From: Vicugna vicugna
Taxonomy: Eukaryota
Direction: 5' to 3'
NCBI GenBank assembly: GCA_013265495.1
Contig: MU057781.1
Location: 560,001-620,000 of the forward strand
Length of the DNA stretch: 60,000 bases
Part shown: in pieces, positions 34,868 through 47,313 of the stretch
Position numbering within the stretch: the first letter of the stretch is position 1
Layout: each line of letters starts with the position of its first letter
Program-made: the position numbers and the translations under genes
Notes under the pieces: generated by a model
What the model was told of the DNA's origin: nothing
Database searches by the model: none
What the model saw: the letters and a program-made list of their open reading frames with translations, nothing else

Positions 34868-37600
34868 CTGGTGTTTATCTGATTCGTATTCAGAGCCAAG
34901 CCTGCTCTCAAGGCAGCCGAGGGGTGGGGGGAGCCCGGCCGTGACCGCCCTCAGGGCGGGGTGTGGCGAGCCCCCTGCACACGGCCCAGAGGCCCCCAGA
35001 TCCCTCTTTCTGGCTGAAGTGGGATGGGGCAGGGTGGGGCCCTGCGTTTTTTTAGTGACAGGAATATTTATGGCTTCCTGCCCTTTGCTGGGATGGTGTC
35101 TTCTCTTTAAAACTTCATCAAGAGTCCCCGTGTGCTCCTTGACATCACTTCTCATGCAAGGAACTCAAGTGTTTGGGGGTCACACGGCTTTTGAGCTGAT
35201 TTCCAACATTTTTCCTTGAAAGAAATGGGTGCTGAGACATCATGCCTCACTGTCTCCAGTTCAGAGGAAATTGGAGGTTGACTGGGGCCGGCAGGGTTTC
35301 GTGGAAGCAACATCACGGGTGATTTGGCGTAAATTATTCTGACACACACTGAGATGTACACTGAGATGCAAGTGGCTGCAGAGAGGGCTGTTCATTCAAC
35401 ACCAGGATCCGCGCTGTAGCTTTGAGGGCGTTCCCCGTGGATCCAAGCCTCGGGACAGACCAGTAGTAAACGCTGCCTGGTTCCTGAGGGAGCAGCGCAG
35501 CAGAAAAGCCGACGAGGCCGCGGCACGGCCTCGGTCTGTCTCCCCGGCATTGCCAGCGGAAGCTCGGCTGCGTCCAGGCTGCTCTGGGGGTCCAGGTGGG
35601 TAAGCACGATCGCGCAGAGGGTGGCACTTTCATTCTTGAGGCTGAGGGGCGCGTGGCCACGTGCGTCTGTGTCTAAGCTTGCTTTCCCGATCCTGTGCTG
35701 ATCTGGGCGCATACCTGATAAATCCAAGCGACGCACCGGATTGGTTCCTGTTACCCTGCAGACCCCCGGGAAGACGGTCACTCTGAGACCCTGACTGACA
35801 CCTTGGGGACAGCTGGGTGGCGGTCCAGCCCGGGAGCTGCGGGGAGGAGGAAGGGCCCCCCGTCAGCCCCGGGATCTTGAGATAAGTGCGGGCGTCCTGC
35901 AGACCTTCTTGGAGGGCCGCTCTCGCCTGGGGGCTTCTGTGAACTGGGAATTCCGCTCAGGACAGACGCCGCATCTTTGGTTTTCCTTGTTCTTCCGTTT
36001 CCAGACAGTCAAGCCAGAGGTGAAGTGGGTGGTGATGTTAATTTTCCATTCGGACCCGGAAACAGCCCTCTTTAGTACAGAGATTGAAAGAGTCCAGGAC
36101 ACAGGCCACAGCAAATGCGCCTTTTTGAGAACGTCACCCCCAGTCTCCCTCCCCGGGCCCCGGGGGCGCACTTCCCGGCTCGGAAGCGCTGGCTGTGGGT
36201 CCCGCACCCCAAGGTGCTTCAGAGCCGCGGCCCCAGATGCTTCGCGCTGCCCGCCCCCTCCCCTCGCAGGACAGCGCGTCCTTCCTGAAGGCCCCCTGGT
36301 GCTGGATTAGCGCCTGCTGCGCCCTGTGACACCTCGGAAAGTCACCTCAGAACATGTCTGTGGCTGTCACTTCCCAAGCGGCTCAGCTGACGAGGGGGCC
36401 ACAGGAAAGCACCTCTGAGACCTGGGGGACTGGGCTCAAAGCGAGGCGGCTCCCAGCCTGGCGCAGGGAAGGCCTTGTGCTGGGGGTCTGTCCGCCCGGA
36501 CGGAGGCTTGGACTCCAGGGGACAGCCCCGTGTCCCAGGCCAAGAGACCTCGCACAGCCATTAACCTGTGTGCTTTGAGGCTGGGGTGTTTGACTGCACC
36601 TGTCAAAGGTCCACTTGTGGGTGGCAGTGGCCCCGGGCCGTGTGGCGTCCTCCCTGCACTGTGACTGGCATTGTCTCTGAGCCGCTGCCTTTCTCGGGCT
36701 CCGCCTGCCTGCTGCCTGGTTGACCTAGTGTTACTCCGGGCCCGCAGGGTCTCTGTGTGGGCGCCCGCTGGTGGGGGCTGATGGGGGAGCAGTGGGGGTG
36801 GGGCTGATGGTCCTGGGGGACAAGTGTTGGTGTCAAGCCCTAGGAACAGTTTCCCCCAAGTCCACGGTCAAGCTGAGATCAAGCGTCCTCCACGATGAGG
36901 GCGCTCAGAACAGGAGAGGGTAGAACCCGTCACGTCTACCTTGGGCCCCCCAGACAGGTCTTCCAGGAGCTCGTCTTTCGGAAGCGGACGCTCATCAGGA
37001 AGGGCTGGGCTCTCCCTGAAGCTCCGGGGCACTTGCCACGGTTTTGCACGTTGAGTCCGAGGTTCGTCTGAGTGCAGGCCCCCTGGAGTGACCACTGGTG
37101 CCTGCACGTCAGCGTTTTACTAGAAAGCAAACTTGGCTTGTAGCCTGACTGGGCGGGAAGAAGGCAAAGCCCAAGGCCAGAAGGACCTCTTGGCAGGGAG
37201 GGGTGGTGATGGTGGGGTGGCAGCGGGAAGCTCTGGGGGCTCCACCGAGCTCGTCGCTACCGCTTACCCACAGGGCAGGTGTTCACTGAGCCGCCATGTG
37301 CAGGCGTCCCGGGGTCAGGCCCCACGGGTGCACAGCGGTCCCAGCCCCAGGGGCTCTGGCCACCCAAGTCTGCTCTGCTGCCCGCCTCGCGCCAGAGAGG
37401 GCCCTGGGGGCCGGCAGCAGCGGTGGGCACGCTGGCGAGGCTCACTCCACTCCCCGCGCAGGTGTCCCCAGGACCGCCCGTCCTCTGAGAGTGCTTCTTC
37501 CTTCCTCTGCTGCTTTTCTGGTCTTCGAAATTGTAATCACCAGGCGTCAGCTCTGCTCTGCGAGCTGGGTGCTCCTCTGGGCCTTTCATTGTCACTCATC
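34868..37600 (-). pseudogene. Second cluster of minus-strand exon relics, probably the same dead gene
   Basis: Blocks at ~37600-37268 (donor TGG|GTAAGC), 37119-36940, 36069-35905 (RAVSGSEWKINITTHFTSGLTVWKRKNKENQRC..., open, phase 0-0), 35836-35715 (open) and 35483-~34868 (EPGSVYYWSVPRLGSTGNALKATARILVLNEQPSL..., later frameshifts). Confidence 0.55.
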
Positions 37601-38569
37601 CATTCACTCCTCCATTCTTGTTTTCCGTTCACCCAGAGGAGAGAGGGAGTCCAGCTCTGAAGCCTGCCTTAGTGCTCGCCTCTCCACATTGTCAGGGATG
37701 TCCGTTTAGTTTAAGACGAGCTTAGTCTCCAGGGCTTTAGAAGGAGCCCCAGGGCCCCATGCAGACACCCGCGGCCCGGCGGCACCGTGCACCAGCCCGG
37801 GGCCACGGCAGCAATGCGGGAGAAAACTCAGAGAAGACGGAGGGACAGGCACGGCTCGGAGGCTCGGGCGGGGCTTCCTCCGGTCCGGCGTCCCCAGGTC
37901 CCCCACAGCCACCCCAGGTCCAGCCCCGCAGCCGCTCAGGGACCCTTCCTGGGCCCCGTGGGACAGCGATGGTCTTCAGATGTGCTCTCCTTATGGTAGT
38001 TTTTTTTAAATTTCATGAAACAAATACATTCTCATTATGGAAACTTGAGAAGTATCTAGGAAAGAAGAAGAGATGACAATAATCACATTCTTCCAAGATA
38101 AATTACTGCCCACAAGATAAAACACTAAAATTTTGGAATATCTTCCTTTTCTTTTTTTCAGTTTTTTTGCACTGTTAGGATCATTCCGTCCAGTAAGTGT
38201 TGTTTCTCTCTCCTCCCCTGGTGTGAGACACTCATTCTCCTTTTTAGAATAAATTCTTCTTAAGCACATTTCATTGTGCAGAAACTCACTTAATTCATGA
38301 GTAGGTTGTTCCCAGGGTTGCACTATTATAGATAATATTGTATCGAACATTTCTGAGCATCAAGTTTTCTCTGTATTTACGATGGCTTCTTTGGGGTGGA
38401 ATCTGAGGTTTGAAATTCCTAGGGTGAAAGTGAAAGTTAGTGGCACTCTGAAGACTTTAAAATTCATATTATCATACTGCTTTCAGGAGAGCCACACCAG
38501 CCAGCCTGCCTCATCGGTGGTCCCCAGACAGCCCCTTTAGCATGCTGTTTACGGCTTTGCAACCTCCTT

Positions 38570-41500
38570 TTTTGATGGTTCAGTGCAGTAAGCGGTGACA
38601 TATGCATGCTCCCGCCGAGCCGTCTCTGCGCTCAGGACAGCGCAGACTCCTTTCCTCTCTGCGGTCCTCCCCTCCGGCTCCTGCCTGACAGCCCGCCTGT
38701 CCCCGGCAGCCGCCCGCCTGCCCGTCGCTGCGGACTAGCTGTGCTTTCCAGGGCCGCGTGTAAGTGGAGCCCCATGGTGTGCTTTCTGCACTTTGTTTAG
38801 GTCTTGCTTGCACCAGCGTCCGTGGTTTAAGGCTTACTGTCGCCTGCGTCAGCCGTTAATGGCTGAGATTGTTCTTGGTGAGCAGTGTGCCGTTGCGTGG
38901 ATGTACCCCGGGTTGGCCCGTGGACTTGGGGTTGCTTCCAGCTTTTCCCGGGACAGAGGAAGACGCTGTGAGCATTGCTGTGCAGCCCTCTGCCCAGACT
39001 CGTATCTCACTTCCCTCGGGCGGATGCCTGGGCGGGGTCACAGGCTGGGTGTGTGTGAACCAACGAGGTGTTTTCCAAAGCGGCTGAACCAGGCCGTGTC
39101 CCCACCAGCCCCGCGAGGGAGGCCCTGTCCTCCCTGCCCCTCGCGGCGCTGGGTGCGGCCAGGCCCGCCTTTCGGCGGTTGTCCGGGGTGTGGAGGCAGC
39201 CCCGTGGCTTTACCGCGTCTCCCTGAAGAAGGTGATGCTGACGGCCCTTCGTGTGCCTATTTGCTATCTGTGCACCCGCTGTGGTGACAGCTCTTTCAAA
39301 TCTTTTGCTCGTCCTTAAATCGGGTTGTTTATCTTCTCCTTACTGGATTTTGAGACCTCTGAGGAATACGTGTATTCTGGACATAAGTCCTCTGTCAGAC
39401 GTGTGTTCTCCAAGTGTTTGCTCCCGGTCTGTGGCTTGTCTTTTCATTTTCGTAACTGTGTCTTTCAAAGACAGATGTAACAGTTTTCTGGAGTCCAGTT
39501 TGTCAGTGATTTTTATACGGTGTCTGTGCCTCTTCCCTCCTCTCCGATCATTTTTTCCTAATCCGAGGTCATGAAGGTTTGTGTCTGTGTCTCGATCTGG
39601 AAGCTCTGCAGTTCTGTGTTTCACGTTAGCTCCCTGATTCATTTCTCCTAGGTTTCTAAATGCGGGTTGAGCTGTGGGTTGGTTTTTTTTCTCTCTTTTG
39701 TTTGTTTGTTTTCGCATAGAGACGTGTAATTATTCTAGAACGATTTGTTCAAGACTATCTTTCCTCCATTGAATTTTCTTGGGCCCTTTGCCAAAAGTTA
39801 ATTGGCCAGATGACATGAGGGTCTCTTTTTCTGTTTTGCTCCGTTGATCTGTATGTATTTGTATCAATGCCACATTGTCTTGATGACTGTAGCTTTGTTG
39901 GAAGCTGAGTCTGGGTAGTGATTTCCCATTCCAAATCTGTCATTTTCCAAAATTTCCTATTAGATCTTCCGAAACTGCAAATATAGGTCATTTGCTTTTT
40001 CCATATTCAATTTAGAAACAGCTTCTCAGTTTCTACAAAACAAAATCTACTGGGACTTTGAGGCTGCATTTAATCTATGTTTCAGTTTGGGGAAAATGAG
40101 CCTCATGACAGTATTGAGTTTTGTGATCTGTGAACACGTTATGTCTCTCCATTGATTTAGATCTTTAATTTTCTCTCATGAATGTCTTGTGGCTTGAAGT
40201 GTATAAATATTGTAAGTATTTTGTCAGCTGTATTCCTGAGTATTTTGTATCACTTCGGTGCTGTGGTAGAATGGTGCTGTTCTGAAGTGAGATCGTTTGT
40301 TGCTAGTTTATAGGAATGTAATCGATGGATGCAATTGATTTTCCTCTTTCGATTAACTTGATAAACTCACGTGTTCTCAGTAGATTCTTTGGGATTTTCT
40401 ATGTCATATGTGAATAAAGATGTATTTTTAGTTTGCATTTGGCATGGCTTCTGGTTCTTTTTCTTGTTCGGTGTTGAACAGAAGTGGTGAGATGTTCAGC
40501 ATTGTTCCCTATTTTAGGGGAAAAGAAGTCAGTCTTTCTCTGTCGTTAGCTGTAGATTTTTCTGTGGACTTCTTTGATCAGGTTGAGTAAGCAGCCCTTG
40601 CTTGGTTCACGGTTGGTTGAAAGTTTTTATTTTTTAACAGCTTTATTGTGGTATGATTCCTGTACAATAACTACACATATTTCAGAGGTACAATTTGATG
40701 AATCATCTCAAAGGTTTTATAGTGAATGGATTTTGAATTTTGTCAAAAGACACTTCTGCACCTCTTGAGGTGATGATGTGTTTTTTCACTTCAATGTATT
40801 AAAATGGTGAATTAAGGGGACTCATTTTTTAAAAATATTAAAGCACTTTCTCACTCCTTGTGTGTGTCCCAGCTGCCCACACTGTGTCACCCTCCCTATG
40901 TGTGGCTGGATCTGAGAGGCTGGCTTTGTTACGGATTTTTGCATCCGTCTTACGGAGGGGTGTTCCTTTCTTGTACCACCTTTGTCTGGTTCCCGTATCA
41001 GAGCAACACTGGCCTCGGAAATGAGATGGGAAGTGTTCACTTCTACGCTTCTGGAAGAGCTAACAGAACCGCTCTCTCTCCCCTAAATGTTTTGGAGTCA
41101 CCAGCACAGGCCCTGTGCCTAGGGTTTTCCTTTTCGGAGGGTTTTTTTTTTAACCACAATTTCGATTTTTTAATGGACAAAAGGCTACTCAAGTTCTGAG
41201 CGACTTTTGTTAGCTTGTGTCCTTCGAGGAGTCGGTCTGCTCCGTGTCTGTAGGCTGCGTAGCGACGTCCCCTCTTTCATTCTTTTCGTTGTTTTTGTTT
41301 TTTGTGGTGGGGGGTAATTAGGTTTATTTGTTTGTTTGTTAGCAGAGATGCTGGGGATCGAGCCCAGGGCCTCGTGCCTGCTAAGCACGTGCCCCACCCC
41401 TGAGCTGCGCCCCCCCTCTTGATCTTGGTGGTTTACGGCTTCTCTCTCGCTCTGTCTCTCACTCCTTCATCAGTCTTTCCGGAGGATTGTCAGTACTTCT

Positions 41501-44500
41501 ATTTTCACACTCTCCCGTTGACTTCTGCTCTTGTTTATCTGTCGTCAGTGCGTTGCCTTCGACTCACATCCTTATTGCTTCTGTTCTGCTTACTTTGCAT
41601 TTATTTTTATTTTTCTGTGTTTTAAAAATGGAGAGGTAGACTAGGATTAGATTGCGGTTGGAGCTGTTTCGTATTTTCTAACACAAGCGTTCGTTGTCAT
41701 CATGTCCCCTCTCTTACCACTTCAGTTGTGTTCAACAAATTTTGATGTATTGTGCCTTTATTTACATTCAGTTCTAAATATTTTTCTGATTTCCCTATAA
41801 TTTCTCCTGGAGTGAGTGGGTTATTTGAAAGTGTGTTTTTTACATTTCCAAATATTTAGATTTTTCTTATTCTCTTTTTATTATGTATTTCTAGTGCAGT
41901 TTCTTTCTGGCTGGAGAACATTCTTTGCATCGCTTCAGTCATTCTAACTTGGTTGAGATTTGTTTTGTTGCCCAGTATAGAGTCTCCCTGGGTGGATGTT
42001 TTATGTGTGCATGAAAATCCGTGCGTTCTGCGGCTGTTGGGCGGGGTGTCCGGCAGACGGCAGGGCGGTCTAACTGGCCGAGGGCTTCCCTATCTTTACC
42101 TAGTTTTTTGTGCACTTATTTCATCTCTGAGAGGTGAGTGTTGAAGGCTCCATTTGTGAATATTCCTGTTTCTACTTTCATTTCTGACAGTTTCTGTTTG
42201 ATGCATGTTTGAAGCCCTGTTGTTTGATGCACGAACATTGAAGATTTCTACGTCTGCTTGGTTTACAGACTCCTTTATCGTCATACGGTGTCCCTCATCA
42301 TCCCTTACAACGTTCCTTGCTCTGAAATTTATGTGATTGAACATTAATACAATCACTTCAACTTTCTTTACATTAGAATTTGTATCCTAGAGTTTTTCCA
42401 TCCTTTTACTTTTGGCTGATCTGTCCCTTTATGAGTTTCCTGTAGATTGCATAGCGTTGGTGCTTGCCTTTTAAACAAATCTCGTCTGGAAATGTCTGCC
42501 TTTCAACTGTGTTGTTTGGACCGTCCACAGTTAGTATTTAGGGATACGGTCGGACGCAGCTGTAACTTTCTGCTCTTTGTTTTCCACCTGCGTTGTCTCC
42601 TCTTTGCTCCTCTCTTCTTGCCTTCTTTGGGGTTGAGTATTTTTTATGATCCTCTGTTACCTCTGCTGTTGGCTTCTTTGTTGTGCTTCTCTCTTAATTT
42701 TTGGCACTTTCCGTAGGGTTTTCAGTGTCATCTTTAGCTTATCACAGTCCTTGATGTTTTGCCAACTCACATGTATTTAATGACTCTGATTTTCTCCCTC
42801 CCATTTTTTGCTATTGTTTTCAGATATTTTACTTCTGTATATATTACAAACCCTATGACACATTGTCACTCGTTTTGCTTTGAATAATCTGTTGTCTTTT
42901 AAAAGGATTAAAACTAGGAAAAGAGCCTTTTATGTGTACATCCTTCTTACCATTTTGAACATCCTTCACTCCTTTGTGTGGATTCAGTTTTCCGATTGAT
43001 GACTTTCTTCTGTCTGAACGTCCCTTTAACGTGTTTTATGGTGCAGGTCTGCTGGCAACAAATACTTTCAACTTTTGTTTGTCTGAAAAATATGTATGTA
43101 CGAATGGTAATAACTTTAGTAATATTTAACACTATTCACAGAGTTGGGCAACTAACCACAAATTTAGAACCTTCCCAGCACCCCAAAAGAAACTGTATCT
43201 TTAGCAGGCACTTCCCACCCCCTTGTCCCCAGCCCCTGGCAACCACTAGCCTCCTTCCTTTCTCTGTATATTTGCCTCTTCTGGACATTTCACATAAACG
43301 GAATCATACATATGTGACCTTTGGTGTCTGAGCTCTTTGACTTAGCATTATGTCTTCAAGGCTCAGCCACATGGTAACGTCTATCAGCACTTCATTCCAT
43401 TTTATTGCAGAGTGATATTCCATGGGCGGGCTATACCACATTTTGTTTATCCGTTTGTCATGGATGGACATTTATCAGTAGCTTTTTGGCTGTTGTGCAT
43501 AACGCTGCTGTGAACTCTGTGTGGACGTTTTCTTTTCATTTCTCTTGGGTGGATCTCTAGGAGCAGAGTTGCTGGATCATGTAGTAACTCTGTCTAAAAC
43601 TGTGTGAGGAGCTGCCAGACTGGCTCCCGAAGCAGCTGCTCTATTTGCCATCCCCACCAGCAGCAACAAGGGCTCAGATTTATCCGCACCCTCACCAGCA
43701 CTGCTATTTCCTGGCCTGCTTTGTTTGCTTTTGTTTGGACAGTGGCCATCCGAATGGGTGTGAGGGGGTCAACTCCTTCATTTTTGAAAAATATTTTTGC
43801 TGAGTGTAGAATCCTGGCTTGACAGGTGCTTTTGTGCTTGTGTTGGCTTGTTTTCCCGCACTTTAAAGGTATCTGTCCCCCGTCTGCTAGTTTGCCTGGT
43901 TTCTGGCGAGGCTTCCATAATTTCTAGTGTTACGCGCCCCCTCCTCAGCTTTCATTTCTTTCAAGGTTGTTTCATCAGTTTGGCTGGGATTTGCCTGGGT
44001 TTTATTTTTCTCGGTCGAGGATCTGTGAGTGCCCTGGGTCTCTGGTTTTCTTCTGTCTAATTAGTTTTGACCAGTCCGCTGTCATTTTGTTTCGTTGCGC
44101 GTCTCTCCTCCCCGTGTGCTCTGTGGCCCCAGCTGCTCGTGTTGGGCTGCTCGATGTTGCCTGGCAGTTTTAGAGTCTCTGTCTGGTTTTGTTTTTTCTT
44201 TTTATATTTCGTATTTGGTACTTTCCATTGGCCTATCTTCAAGTTCCCTGAGTCTGTCCTCAGCGTTGTCAGTTCCACTGATCAGCTGGTCAAAAACTCT
44301 TCACCTCTGATACCATGTTTATTATTCCTAATGTTTCCACTGAGCCTTTTCTATTGTTTCCATTTCTCTGCTCTAATTCTCCATCTTTTCATCCATGTCA
44401 TCCACCTTTTCCATTAACTGCTTAGGTATGTTAGTCAGTTACTTAAACTTCCTGTCTGGTAGTTGCAGCAACTTAGCATCTGGGCTATCGATTGCTTTAT

Positions 44501-45700
44501 TTGTTGACAGTGGGTTGTTTTCCTTGCTGTTTTCTGAGTCTCATAAGTTTTAACTGAATGTCAGACATTGTCTGTAGAAGAACAGTGGAGACTGGGGGAA
44601 AAACATCACGCCCAGGGAAGGGCACACCTCTCCCTGTGCTAGTGGGTGGGTTTGGGCCTGCCAGGCAGTGGTTGCAGTGGGCCAGGCCTGCTGTTTCCGC
44701 CTCTGCCCTCCACTGGTGGTGGCCTTATGCCGTGTGCAGTGTGGTGCCCAGGGGGCTGGAGGGGTTATTCTGTGTTCCTGCTCCACCCTTAGCTTTTGAC
44801 ACTCTGCACACCTGCACCACAGAAGGGCTGTCCAGCACTAGACAGCTGTCGCTTGTTACCCAGTGCAGGGCGTCTTTGGGGAAAGGGCGATCTCCATTCT
44901 TCTGGTCCAGCCTAAGAGCTGTCAAGGCTTAGGTGCCTGAACTGGGGGTGGGTCTTCTCAGCATCCCCGACCCTCGCCCGCAGCCAAGCCCTGCTTTGTG
45001 TCGGTGCAGGATCTGGAGCCCGAGGGGCCTCCTCTTGCTCCCCGGGGCAGGTGTTTTTGGCTTCCACTCTTACCCTGGAGGCTGGGGTCTCTTCCTAGCT
45101 CCTGGGCGGGAGGGAAGGAGAGACTGCACTTTCACTCCTCTCCCCGTGGCCCTGGGGCCAGAGGGCTTGCTGCTCTTCTCCCAGTGGCCGAAGGCTTCTG
45201 CTCTGTGTGAAGGAGGGGCCCGGAAGTGGGGTGTGCCTCGTGCCCGCCCGCCCCAGTGGCAGCCGGCTGCCTCCTGCCTCCTGCACCACGGGGGTGCGGA
45301 GCCCCTCAGCTCCTGTCCGGTCCTCCGCTTTCTCGTGTCTGGGCTCCAGGAGTCCACACGGCTGTGCGAGCCCACAGGCAGCCCTTAGACACACGTGGAA
45401 ACTGGAGCTGATTTCTTCTCCCCACTTGCTCCTGGGCTCTGCCGGAGGTGAGCCAGCCCAGGTGCCCGTGTCCCTCTGGAGGGGCTTGTCACCGCTCGGT
45501 TCCCTTGGGACCTGACCCTTTAATGGGCCCAAGGAAAGACGTGGCTCGGGTGATTATGTGGCCCTTTCTCACCTGCGGGGTGGGAGGGACGTTCTCTTGT
45601 GATTTTCTCCATCTCAAGCGGAGGCTGTTTTCTTGTGTATTTTTAAAATCATTTTTTTCTTTTTTTGTAAACGATCTCTTTCGATAGTTACCTATTTATC
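38570..45700 (-). mobile_element. Long old L1M (3' UTR through ORF2 to 5' region) with nested L1MB (~43100-43770)
   Basis: Reverse translations resemble ORF2 and endonuclease motifs (e.g. KMKRQATDRE..., DDEGHRMTIKESVNQADVEIFNVRASNNRAS). Confidence 0.8.
41280..41417 (-). mobile_element. Vic-1-like SINE
   Basis: gggggtaattaggtttattt...ctggggatcgagcccagggcctcgtgcctgctaagc...tgagctgc. Confidence 0.85.
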
Positions 45701-46714
45701 TTGGAGATCTTGGTGTTGTTACTGAGTTTCACAACCTCCTAATGCAGTAAAGATGCTAACGTTTTTGTTGTATTTGTTTCAACTTGTTTTTAGCTTCTTG
45801 ACCACATGGTGCTGGTAGTGAGGGGTGTGAAGCTGCGGTGCCGTGCGGCCCCCCGGGTCTTTCCTCGTGCGGCCCCCCCGTCTTTCCTCGAAGCTCCTTT
45901 CACCTTCTTCAGGCCCAGAAAGCCGTCTCTCTCCAGAGATTTCAGCCGTGCTTGTTTCTGCTTCTCCCCAAGGGTTTAATGCTTCGGTTTCAGCCTTAAT
46001 TCTCTCTGATCCATTTAGGGTTCTGGAAGGCAGTATCCTGTAGATTCATTTTTCTTTCACGATCAGCCAGCCGATCACGCCAGGACTCAGGGATCACGCG
46101 CCCCTTGCTGTCGGAGACCGTGTGTTAGATTCTCACGCGTAACAGGGCCTATTTCTGAGTCGCGCAATCTAGTCATGTGCCGTCCATGAGATTTTTTCCT
46201 GCTTAGTAAAATTACACGATGTAGCCCAAGGAGGGGACTTTGCTGTTAGAAAGCCGCTTGCCGTGTCTCCCCCAGGCGCGTTTCCCGCAGCTCTCCGGAC
46301 GCCTGCTCGGAAGCGCCGGGCGGGATCCACGGGCTCGCCTCTCGCTGCTGGGCCTGAGCGGAACGTGACTTTAACCGGGGCCACCGCGCCCCGTGTGACC
46401 TGAGTTGCCTGTCTTGACCTGGGCGTTGTCGGACCGTCCAGGCCATCGGGTTGGGCGTGCAGGGTGGCGTTCGGTCATCAGGAGGACGGGGAGCCCACGC
46501 GACCTCGGCACAGGGAAGTCACGGGAGGGAGTGGCCCGAATGCCGAGGGTCTGACCCAGCGACACCGCCTCCTCCTCCCCACTCACACGGCGGCCTCGGG
46601 GGCACGTCCCTGTGACCAGGTGGCCGAGGAAGAGTGGACTCAGGCCTGGTGTACAGGTGGTTGTGCGCCGCGCGTGAAGCGGACACCCCAGGCCTTCAGC
46701 CTTCGGGGACTAGG

Positions 46715-47220
46715 GTCTGTGTTAATTGCCACCAAACAGCGGCCACAAATCTAGCAGCTGGCAGCACAGACTTACCTTACAGCTGTTGGTGAAGTCAGAG
46801 TGTGGGCAGGCGCGGTCCTCTGGGGACCTGGGGGCCCGTTTCCTTGCCCACCTGGGTTGATGGTGGAGCTCAGCTCCTTGTGGTCATAGGACCCGGGTCC
46901 CTGTCTTCTTGTGCTGTGACCTGAGGCCGTCTGAGCCCTGAGAGGCCGTGTCGGTCCTTGGCTTGGGCAGCCTTCCCCATCCTCAGGGCCAGCACCGGGG
47001 TCCGGTCTTCCTCAGGTCATGTCTCTCGATCTCAGCTGGGAAGGGGTCTCTGCCTTTAGGACTCCCGGGATTAGACCGAGCCCGGGGACAATCCGGGATA
47101 ATCTCCTCCTCTGAGCGCCTTTAGCCTTAATCACATCCGCAGAACCCCTGTTGTCACGTGAGGTGATGCGTTCACTGGTTCCGCGATGTGACCCACGTGT
47201 GGACCCTGCCGCCTCCCACA
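46715..47220 (-). mobile_element. MLT1 (E/F-like) LTR
   Basis: ccttaatcacatccgcag, gggataatctcc and terminal ...cccaca motifs. Confidence 0.7.
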
Positions 47221-47313
47221 CGGTGTGTCCGCAGCTTAGCCTCGGACCCTCTGCCCCAGTCGATACCGTTTGTGCTGCGGGGATGGAATAGTCATGTTTC
47301 TAGGAAATCTCAC

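Noticed and set aside
35440..35605. Plus-strand alternative first exon of JAKMIP3 (tandem donors CAG|GTGGGT and GG|GTAAGC)
   Set aside because: The purine run that looked exonic is better explained as the complement of a minus-strand polypyrimidine tract at 35484. The donors alone are insufficient, though not excluded.
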